A DNA stretch of 43,202 nt from Halocafeteria seosinensis (Eukaryota). Shown here piece by piece: positions 35,601 through 42,717 of the stretch (the first letter of the stretch is position 1; each line of letters opens with the position of its first letter). The DNA lies in NCBI GenBank assembly GCA_001687465.1, contig LVLI01000118.1, positions 124,001 to 167,202 of the forward strand, given 5' to 3'. The position numbers and the translations under genes were made by a program. The notes beneath the pieces are model-generated. The model was given only the letters and a program-made list of their open reading frames with translations, was not told where the DNA came from and did not search any database.

Positions 35601-37427
35601 ACATCCGGAACTGATGCTATTAATAGGAATGATGGTGATTCTAGATTCTTAAGACGAGATGGACAAAATACTATGGATGGAACACTTAGTTTTTCAACTG
35701 GTAACAGTATCACTTTAAATGATACAGATATGGATGCTGGTTCTAATCAAATTAATAATTTGTCTGATCCTACTTCAGCTCAAGACGCTGTTTCCAGAAA
35801 TTATTTAGAAGCTGGTAATATGGCTAATGCTCTGGATATGAATAGCAACCAAATTAATAACTTATCTTCAGCTACAAGCGGAAGTGATGCCATTAATAGA
35901 AATGATGGTGATAATAGATTTCTCCGTCGGGATGGTAATAATACTATGGATGGAACACTTAGTTTTTCAGCTGGAAATAGTATTACCCTAAATGACACAG
36001 ATATGGACGCTGGTTCTAATCAAATTAATAATTTGTCTGATCCAACTTCAGCTCAAGACGCTGTTTCCAGAAATTATTTAGAAGCTGGTAATATGGCTAA
36101 TGCTCTTGATATGAATTCTAATCAAATTAATAACCTTGGTGAACCTGTTCAAAGTGGGGATGCTGTAACAAAAAACTATACGGATGCTCTTTCGGGTATT
36201 CCGCAATTAAGACGGGGTGCTAGAGCCTATTATAGTTTTGATGGAACTAATTCCTATGCCGATTCCATCGGAACGCATGACGGAACAAATAATGGAACAT
36301 CTGTTGTGTCCGGTAAAATTGGGCAAGCCATTGCTTTCACGGCGTCGGATCATGTTGATATCGGTGATGCGATGTCTTTTGGATCAGGTGATTTTTGTAT
36401 TTCCTGTTGGTTCTATCCCACAACGTCTTCACCTAATGCTCAGTATCTTTATACATCGGCGAAGGATTCTAATGGAGATAAGTTTGAATTAAAAATGCAG
36501 ACCGATCAATTAATATTACTGACAAGTGTAAATTCAAATTCATCGATATCCGCTAAATCTTCAGCATTATCCCTCAACACCTACCATCATGTGTTGTTAA
36601 ACAGAACGGGCTCGGATTGGAAACTTTATGTTGACAGGAGTCTGGAAATAGATGCCACATTAAGTTCAGGAAGTATTTCATCTGGATCGGATACAAGTTC
36701 GTTGGGACGTAATTTTAGTGATTCCATCGCAAGCAGTGGAGAACTGGATGAAGTGGCTTGTTGGGATCGTGTTTTATCGGCCGAAGAAATCAAATATATT
36801 TACAACAACGGAGCGGGTACCAATGATTTCCAATCCTTCGGGTGGTATTCCCTTCCGGCTCAATCCAATGTGGATCTCAATAGTCACAATATCGTCAATG
36901 TAGCCGACCCGACATCCTCAGATATGGCCGTCAATAGGAACTATCTTCACGGGGGCAACATGGCCAAGTCGCTTGACATGAATAGTAATACCATAATCAA
37001 TGTAGCCGACCCGACATCCTCGGATATGGCCGTGAATAGGAATTATCTTCACGGAGGCAACATGGCGAATTCGCTTGACATGAACGATCAAGAAGTGGTT
37101 AGCGTCGCCACGGTGACTTCCAATGCCGTGACCATTAATGACGATTCCTTCCATTCCTTCACACCAACCCATGAAGTGGGTAAGTTTCTTATCCGAACCA
37201 CTGCGTCCAACGGGGCTATGTTAGAAATACTGTACAATGTTTCAGGGGATAATATTTCCCAAACCAATGTACTAAGAAGTACAATGTTTGAAACGGCCGT
37301 CAATCAAACGCCTTCAGGGACGACCGGTACAGACGGCAAAATCACAGTCTCAACCGGCTCATCCCAGTTACACATTGAAAACCGCTTGGGGTCTTCCGAA
37401 ACCTTTACCTTTTTATTGTTAGGCTAA
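32664..37427 (+). CDS. Large fibre/tailspike-like protein: pectin-lyase-type beta-helix, two LamG/concanavalin-like domains and stalk repeats
   Basis: ADFVCDGTADQDEINQAI..IMLSQGEF is followed by parallel beta-helix repeats. Two LamG-like modules (GKIGQ, FTISFW/FCISCW, LYVNG/LYVD, DE..F/W.R.S..EI..IYN). About nine DM.SN.I.NL.DPTS..DAV.RNY repeats. Confidence 0.85.
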   Translation: MSVSQIINQSNNKIYKHLIPTKHSSHVSNITVSASNAPTCIKNSADFVCDGTADQDEINQAIQSANDGDRIMLSQGEFVIDDQIQINTSVSFLGVNRENTTIKVDDNATSDNHWLNVTANGLLIQDMTLDGNNGNRGVDNINDVLLRFQGVNFSTIQRLRLLSTSSYEIYVENCSHLLLTQLYVDNTDSQKGSAVYFKSLNATSNVSLTHCYFDMLNRTCIETDSVNSLSIDNCEVHNGNRPVSCSPTDSNVRVSNCLFDGCTNIHYSGNRGVFSNNQFIGTNGAITIFNNSGTGNEDYINGLYSENDQSVVGVIHIDGGSHNSVSDIEIINPNHTAIVVDKDNGSGFPSVVDINSVKVDETDNSALDIKNLTTGSFSDILLTSASSATAVSTQSSSRLRFDGFLLVDVNKGFNVDSTTNSQFGDIRIKNCTQGGFDLQNSSTGNQFANINVDGALRGFFLTNTANDNTFSQISMYSCTQNCIQNSGTENNFSGIFCYNTGSGTPTDNRGVIEDEANGSNTWRNISILQISSSYDFKPQGANGFFLGSNNSTLENIYIDADVTGTFDRSETQGVQAPLLSGIYITTNQDCNIFGAKIYRCLEFGVQVGVATKNLNLESSVFQANTNDANEALGLYLNGNGTPIENMIIKSCVSQSNDKQFKVGGSNADYDVSGSTGIQQPSESVLSSLRHGARAHYNFSGSNPHNDKIGTYDATLGSQSLVSGKIGQGIQNASGSDYVLNGGGSRISGSLITDPFTISFWYQTPDVSSSAIVYATGLTGDAFRLSQSNDKLSLASGNGSDDTTSFLETGVFYLLTVTYDGSDARLYVNGEFKISHSFSSYESAGGAFLNSTLNWIVDEALTFERAISNGEINMIYNGGSGTQAHINHDWHTRPAQSNVHMKSNRITNLADPTSTQDAVSRNYLEAGIMVNDIDMNSNQINNLSDPTSASDAVSRNYLEAGNMANALDMNSNQINNLSSATSGTDAINRNDGDSRFLRRDGQNTMDGTLSFSTGNSITLNDTDMDAGSNQINNLSDPTSAQDAVSRNYLEAGNMANALDMNSNQINNLSSATSGSDAINRNDGDNRFLRRDGNNTMDGTLSFSAGNSITLNDTDMDAGSNQINNLSDPTSAQDAVSRNYLEAGNMANALDMNSNQINNLGEPVQSGDAVTKNYTDALSGIPQLRRGARAYYSFDGTNSYADSIGTHDGTNNGTSVVSGKIGQAIAFTASDHVDIGDAMSFGSGDFCISCWFYPTTSSPNAQYLYTSAKDSNGDKFELKMQTDQLILLTSVNSNSSISAKSSALSLNTYHHVLLNRTGSDWKLYVDRSLEIDATLSSGSISSGSDTSSLGRNFSDSIASSGELDEVACWDRVLSAEEIKYIYNNGAGTNDFQSFGWYSLPAQSNVDLNSHNIVNVADPTSSDMAVNRNYLHGGNMAKSLDMNSNTIINVADPTSSDMAVNRNYLHGGNMANSLDMNDQEVVSVATVTSNAVTINDDSFHSFTPTHEVGKFLIRTTASNGAMLEILYNVSGDNISQTNVLRSTMFETAVNQTPSGTTGTDGKITVSTGSSQLHIENRLGSSETFTFLLLG
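35511..36135 (+). repeat. 273-bp (91-aa) tandem coding repeat, about 2.3 copies
   Basis: Units start at 35511, 35784 and 36057 (DAVSRNYLEAGNMANALDMNSNQINNL...). Confidence 0.9.
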
Positions 37428-37470
37428 ATACCGCCATTTCTTTTTTTCGGCCATGAATATAGAAATACTC

Positions 37471-39213
37471 ATGGACAGGGAACTCATGAAAAAACTCAAT
37501 CTAACACCCGATGATTTACGCAATCCATCCGCCCCCGATCCAAGGTTCTTGGAGCAACCGCATGACCCATGGCGGGAATATACCGCCCCTTCCACCCGTG
37601 ACAATATTAGTGGCCAGTATCGCTTCCTATCGGACACATGGCATATCGCTGAACCGTCGCAACACCGCACCTCTGAATTTGATAACCCTATGTATCAGGC
37701 TAAATACAATCTTCTTCGGGGGCAATCCGAATCCGGTTCATACACGTATCCCAAATACCATCCTAGCCAAACCCTTCCCGAACAACCTCTCAACTTTTAT
37801 GATCAAATGAAAGAGACGTTCGGTGCCCCGAATATAGGCTTATCGTCGGAAGAACAGCAACGAATGGATGTGGAAGCCAACAAAGAACGAGGCGATTTCA
37901 TCATCGCCAAAAAAAGAGGTATGGAAAAAAAAACAGGAGGAAGTAGAGATCCCAAAGCGTACGGGCAACTTCAGAACCTAATCCGGCAACACTTTGAAAA
38001 ATTTGAAGACGAGGAAGATCCAGAAGAAACCGACGAACCCACCAATCCCGATGAATTTGCCAAAACGTTGCCTCTCACCGAAAAGCGGGGCGAAGTATTA
38101 CAACTGAAGAACATGATTCAAGAAGTTCAGGCCAGTCTAGGCCGAGGAAAGAGCGGAGCGTCGTTCAGTGCCCTTCGGATGGAAACGCTCAATAATGGAC
38201 TTCGTACCTTAGAGCAACATGGTCTTGAAATGAAGAAGAAAAATCTAGAGGAAATCAAACGCATGTTAGAGCAATCCATCAACCCATTAGCCGATAAAAA
38301 CAGTCTCTTCACCGGTAGCAATTTGCCCAAAATTCGGGTCATTCTGATCGCTTACATCTATGTCTTGAAATTGCTTCAAACGTACAATAACAAGAAGCGG
38401 AAAGACGCTCTAGATGCGTACATGGAAGATCTTGTGGATGCCAAAATGCCTCAGTTGATGTCATTTCTGAAGCAACTACAAAGTTGGAGTCGGCTGTCGT
38501 CGGATACCATTCGGAAACTGACGCTTAGGCTTCGCAATATCAAGGAAAGCGATTTACGACGTGAAGAAAAACAGCAAGAAACCGACCAGCATATTCCTAG
38601 CGATGATAAACAGAAGGCTTTGGATCAATTCAGTAAAGGGCAACTTTCTATGAATCAGTTGAAAAAACACAATATCAACAGAAACGATCTCATTTGGAAA
38701 CTTCGGCAACTCAATCTTTCCACCGATGGTACAGTCCCACAACTCAAGGAACGTCTTGAAAACGCTCAGGCTCAACCCAATACCAGTGGCCAAGCCCAAC
38801 CGGATACCAGTGGTCAGGCTCAACCGGCGGAAGAAACGCCCGTCGGTGAAGAAAAGACCGATGAAGAGGATCAACAACAAGAGCAAGAGCAAGGTGGTGC
38901 GAAGAATCCATTCAAGGAGGTCAAGAAAGGAATTGATTTCCTGAAAAACCTTGGAAACGCCGGTAAAGATCATGGGATCGGGTCAAAAGACTTTCAAAGT
39001 GAAGAGGAAATTGATGCCCTTCAATTGGCCAGTCCGGAGGAGAAGAAGAAGATGAAGCAGGAATTCCGGAAGAAGCAAAAGCAAAAGAAAGGTAACAAGA
39101 AAAAAGGCAAGAAGAAAGGCGGTAATCAATCGGATTTCGCCCCGATGCCAATGCCAAACTTTCCAAACAAGCAAGGCGGTAAAACGTCATCATTGGCCAA
39201 ACGCCTGAAATAA
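37471..39213 (+). CDS. Putative virion core protein with a SAP-like DNA-binding motif and basic tail
   Basis: RNDLIWKLRQLNLSTDGTVPQLKERLE is SAP-like. Lys-rich C-terminus and four xGG sites. The start is either 37453 or 37471; the latter follows TATAGA. Confidence 0.75.
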   Translation: MDRELMKKLNLTPDDLRNPSAPDPRFLEQPHDPWREYTAPSTRDNISGQYRFLSDTWHIAEPSQHRTSEFDNPMYQAKYNLLRGQSESGSYTYPKYHPSQTLPEQPLNFYDQMKETFGAPNIGLSSEEQQRMDVEANKERGDFIIAKKRGMEKKTGGSRDPKAYGQLQNLIRQHFEKFEDEEDPEETDEPTNPDEFAKTLPLTEKRGEVLQLKNMIQEVQASLGRGKSGASFSALRMETLNNGLRTLEQHGLEMKKKNLEEIKRMLEQSINPLADKNSLFTGSNLPKIRVILIAYIYVLKLLQTYNNKKRKDALDAYMEDLVDAKMPQLMSFLKQLQSWSRLSSDTIRKLTLRLRNIKESDLRREEKQQETDQHIPSDDKQKALDQFSKGQLSMNQLKKHNINRNDLIWKLRQLNLSTDGTVPQLKERLENAQAQPNTSGQAQPDTSGQAQPAEETPVGEEKTDEEDQQQEQEQGGAKNPFKEVKKGIDFLKNLGNAGKDHGIGSKDFQSEEEIDALQLASPEEKKKMKQEFRKKQKQKKGNKKKGKKKGGNQSDFAPMPMPNFPNKQGGKTSSLAKRLK

Positions 39214-39243
39214 TTTTCTTTCGTGTCCATGATATACGAAGGA

Positions 39244-39534
39244 ATGGAGATTGTCAGTTATGTTTTCATTGGGCTGTTTGGAAGTGTCTCAGCCGTAGGA
39301 ATCCCGCTTTTCTATCGGTATTGGCGACGATCCAATTGCTCATCCAGTTGTACCAACAGTGATTTGGTCACCACCATTTGCCGGTTCAGTACCGAGGTTC
39401 GGAAAAATGGCAATTCTAATATAGAGCAAAATGGTGAATCGCCAAAAAATCAAGGAACTAAAGCAGATAGCCCTCAGCGAATCCCAGATACAAAACAACA
39501 CGACCAAAAACATTCCAATCCTGACGTACAATGA
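39244..39534 (+). CDS. Small membrane protein with an N-terminal TM helix and a Cys motif
   Basis: Hydrophobic IVSYVFIGLFGSVSAVGIPLFY followed by RRSNCSSSC. Overlaps the protease gene. Confidence 0.6.
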   Translation: MEIVSYVFIGLFGSVSAVGIPLFYRYWRRSNCSSSCTNSDLVTTICRFSTEVRKNGNSNIEQNGESPKNQGTKADSPQRIPDTKQHDQKHSNPDVQ

Positions 39535-40015
39535 AATTTATGGCAAGTCACTGGATCGCTTGACCCAAAATGGGGCGTGTATTTTGTTGTATCTGATTGA
39601 AGAGAACTATGGCCATTGGGTTTCAATATGCCGGATCCCTAAAGAGAATGAAGCCGATCATTTGATCTACTTTGATTCCTACGGCGAATATCCGGATGAA
39701 CCCCTGACATGGGCGACGCCTGAGAAAAACGAAGAACTGGGGCAGAGTCGCCCGTATTTGTTGGAAAAAATCGTAAAAAACCCTGACAGGTATGAGTATT
39801 ATTCTAATCCCTTTCCATTCCAAAACGAAGATAATCTGGATATCCAAAGTTGCGGTCGTCATCAGATTTGCTTTATTCACTATTGTTGGAATGCTGATGA
39901 CCCAAGTCTGGTGGGTTACAAGGAATGGCTGGATGGTATCAAAGAGCAAACCGGTTTGGACACTTATGACCAAGCGGTCACTCTTCTGACCGACCATATT
40001 GATGAACCGGCCTAA
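39431..40015 (+). CDS. Virophage/PLV-type maturation cysteine protease (adenain-like, clan CE)
   Basis: His-Asp-Gln-Cys order: CILLY..NYGHWV, IYFDSYG.YPD, FQ.....IQSCGRH. 194 aa. Confidence 0.9.
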   Translation: MVNRQKIKELKQIALSESQIQNNTTKNIPILTYNEIYGKSLDRLTQNGACILLYLIEENYGHWVSICRIPKENEADHLIYFDSYGEYPDEPLTWATPEKNEELGQSRPYLLEKIVKNPDRYEYYSNPFPFQNEDNLDIQSCGRHQICFIHYCWNADDPSLVGYKEWLDGIKEQTGLDTYDQAVTLLTDHIDEPA

Positions 40016-40042
40016 TAATAACACGGAAATTGCTGTTATTAT

Positions 40043-40711
40043 TCAATCGGTTTGTATAAAAGCATATTTAAATTGATGGGTGTTGCTGTCAAAACTACAC
40101 TCTATGTCAAACAGTTCTCCTCCTAGTTTATCGTTTTCATCTTCTCGCATCCATTTTGCTAATTTCCTCCAAAATTCCTTCTGATCTCGTATTATATGAT
40201 TCTTCTTTTTGATCCATTCCTCCACTGTGTAATTCCCTTTAAAACTATTAAACAGTTGAAGGCAGTCATCTGATACTTTTTCAATGACAAACGTATGTGC
40301 TTCCCCCTTCGATTCATACCGTTTAATCCGACATAAAGCAATCCCACTTGAACAATTGTCCATATTCTTTCGCAGTGAATTGAATATCGCTGTATTGATA
40401 TTTTTGTCTTGATGTGTTGGCTGGTATAAGTTTAGGGATTGCTGTACCCGATCCATCGTCTCCGGATTACAGTCGGGGTCGTAATGTTCCGGATGAAACT
40501 CTTTCTTATCTGTCAAATGACAACACGCTAAAATCCAATACAGGAGATGACCCGTATGGACACAATATGTTGGATCTGTATAAGCCTCTCCTTCCTGTAA
40601 CCCCTCGGGGAGTGATCGGAATATCTTCCACATCGCATAATTGACGTTAAACTTACCGTGTGGGGTACAAAGTTTCTTTATGACTTGGACGGAAAAGAGG
40701 TTCTGTCTCAT
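40043..40711 (-). CDS. Hypothetical protein with a papain-like Cys-His-Asn arrangement
   Basis: YCVHTGHLL ... AHTFVIEK ... LFNSFKGNYTVEEW. Likely start MRQNLF after TATAGA. Confidence 0.6.
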   Translation of the reverse strand: MRQNLFSVQVIKKLCTPHGKFNVNYAMWKIFRSLPEGLQEGEAYTDPTYCVHTGHLLYWILACCHLTDKKEFHPEHYDPDCNPETMDRVQQSLNLYQPTHQDKNINTAIFNSLRKNMDNCSSGIALCRIKRYESKGEAHTFVIEKVSDDCLQLFNSFKGNYTVEEWIKKKNHIIRDQKEFWRKLAKWMREDENDKLGGELFDIECSFDSNTHQFKYAFIQTD

Positions 40712-40798
40712 ATATGTTCTATATGAACCGGATGAAAAATTTTCTATATACCCTCCGGTCGCCAAGTTTTGAAAATTTTGATATCAAATATAGAGAAA

Positions 40799-41122
40799 AT
40801 GCCAACGGCTGAGGATTGGTGCTGGTATTACCTGAGGGACAATATACCCAAGGTGCCGGATCTCTCTCATTTTCGGGCGTATGAAATGAAAAGCCTTGAT
40901 GATGGACGCTGTTTGCTTAAATTGTGTGGTAATCGCTATCAGTATAGTTTCCACATGTGGCTGAGCAACGAAGAAAAAGAATCAAGATTGTTTGTTACGG
41001 CTCAAACTCTAACTTACCCCCGAAAAGAAAAAGCATTGGTCGAACGAGAATGGTCGATTGATAGTTGGCAGGTTGCTTTCAATAAAATGATAATTGGTGA
41101 ATTAGAGTCTCCAAAAAACTGA
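40799..41122 (+). CDS. Hypothetical viral protein
   Basis: The start MPTAED follows TATAGA by 4 nt. Divergent from the previous gene. Confidence 0.65.
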   Translation: MPTAEDWCWYYLRDNIPKVPDLSHFRAYEMKSLDDGRCLLKLCGNRYQYSFHMWLSNEEKESRLFVTAQTLTYPRKEKALVEREWSIDSWQVAFNKMIIGELESPKN

Positions 41123-41636
41123 ACCGGTCGCCACCCAAGAAAATCGTACATCTGACTTTTGTACGATAGAGAGATAGGCGGATCATTCAGGGCGGACACA
41201 TCAGAGTGTCTTGTCAGGGTGGATATCACGGCCACCTATCCACTGTCCTGAGTCCGTCTCCGACGGACTCTTGGGGTGGGACGGGTGGGCATGAGATACC
41301 CCGCCTGACTCTTCCCCTGACCATCCACTCCAAAAAAAATGGGGAGTTATGGCGAGATGGGTCTCATTCCTGCGAGTTTTCCGTCGTGTGGGAGTGCTTC
41401 GGAACTCTTGACGAAGGCTTACCTCCACCACACCACCTTGCGTCCGTCGCTAAACAGACGCAGGACACGGCATCCAAGTTCCTTTCGGAACGAACACTCT
41501 AGCAGTACTGACCCTCTCGAGCCTCTCGACCCAAGATGAGTTCATAGTTCTTTGGAGCTGGATAGATACCTCCACCTTGGCCTCATGCTATTTCGGTTGG
41601 CGGAGCTGCAGGATGTGTTAGTCCCGACTTACCGCC

Positions 41637-41855
41637 CTAAGGAATCACCCCCTGAAGGATGAAACCCCTACCAACCACATTTGGCCGTGTGGGATATCGC
41701 CACCAACTCCACTTCGCCGTCCCAAAAAACCTGTCGGTTTCGGGACTCGAACCCCAGACCCCTGACCTACTAGCAGTATGGTCAGATACCCGCCAAAGCC
41801 CCCAACACCTTTCGTCACAGGGGCCAAGGCAATAACCCATTGTGTTCTTTCTCAT
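41637..41855 (-). CDS. Possible small Trp/Cys-rich hypothetical protein
   Basis: MRKNTMGYCLGPCDERCWGLW... with TATAGA immediately before the ATG. No homology recognised. Confidence 0.3.
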   Translation of the reverse strand: MRKNTMGYCLGPCDERCWGLWRVSDHTASRSGVWGSSPETDRFFGTAKWSWWRYPTRPNVVGRGFILQGVIP

Positions 41856-41977
41856 ATCTATAGTACTCTGAATACCCCCTTGAATATTCACAACTTCAAC
41901 CGGTGGGTGACCCCCCTTGAATACATTCACAACTTCAACCAGCCGACCTCCAAAATCGTACCTTTGATAAAAGTACG

Positions 41978-42310
41978 ATGACACTTTTCTGTCATGGATG
42001 ACAGAAATGAAAATCGTACTTTCATTTCTGTCATAACCCCTATACCTCTATACCACCGTCGTTCCCTGTAAATTTGTACTTTGTTAATAATCGTATGACA
42101 CTTATGACAGAAATGACAGAAATTTTTGGAGGTAGGTTGTTATTAATCATTAATAAAATTATTTTTTAATTTTCTTAAACCTCAACCGGCTGAAACCGAA
42201 GTGTCATCTGTCATTTCTGTCATAGTTTTCTGTCATCCCACTAAAAGACCGAATTGAAGGGTCGTTTAGAGGGGGGTCGGGTTATGACAGAAATGACACT
42301 TTTCTGTCAT
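41978..42310. repeat. ATGACA/TGTCAT iteron array (right copy)
   Basis: About 14 hexamers. 34 bp (42089-42122) are identical to 25931-25964. Confidence 0.9.
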
Positions 42311-42335
42311 AAGCCTAATCGCCCATTGATGGTTG

Positions 42336-42464
42336 CCTGAATACCCAAATAGAGTCGCCCATTAATGGGTCACCTGAATATTCCAATTGGTGGTCGCCTG
42401 AATACCCAAATAGAGTCGCCCATTAATGGGTCGCCTGAATATTCCAAGTGAGGGTCGCTTGAAA
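42336..42464. repeat. 61-bp tandem repeat with GTCGCC motifs and cccattaatggg palindromes
   Basis: cctgaatacccaaatagagtcgcccattaatgggtc(a/g)cctgaatattccaa occurs at 42336 and 42397. Confidence 0.9.
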
Positions 42465-42475
42465 AATATAATTAT

Positions 42476-42710
42476 AAAAACAAAATGTAAATTTTAAAAA
42501 TGTAAATATAAAAACAAAAATGTAAATTTTAAAAATGTAAATATAAAAACAAAAATGTAAATATAAAAACAAAAAATGTAAATAAAATTGGCCAAATTGT
42601 AAAATTGGCAAATATAGCCAATTTTGGCCGAATTTTTAATCTAATAAAAATCGTAATAAAGTCCAATTTTAAAATCCGGTAAAAATAGCCAATTTTGGCC
42701 GATTTTTGGA
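42476..42710. repeat. AT-rich subterminal tandem repeats
   Basis: Repeated aaaatgtaaat(at/tt)/aaaaac units at 42476-42587, followed by atagccaattttggccga twice. Confidence 0.85.
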
Positions 42711-42717
42711 AAATCGT

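Noticed and set aside
35511..37085. Diversity-generating retroelement TR/VR pair in the fibre repeats
   Set aside because: The repeats are in-frame tandem coding units, their differences are mostly synonymous rather than adenine-specific, and no DGR reverse transcriptase is present.
41201..41539. Short overlapping ORFs near the right end of the viral segment
   Set aside because: No start-proximal TATA motif or recognisable protein features, so I cannot choose a real frame.
42423..42611. Phe/Tyr/Ile-rich ORF, or host telomeric repeats
   Set aside because: The ORF is just the translation of the AT-rich tandem repeat, and the units do not resemble G-rich eukaryotic telomere repeats.
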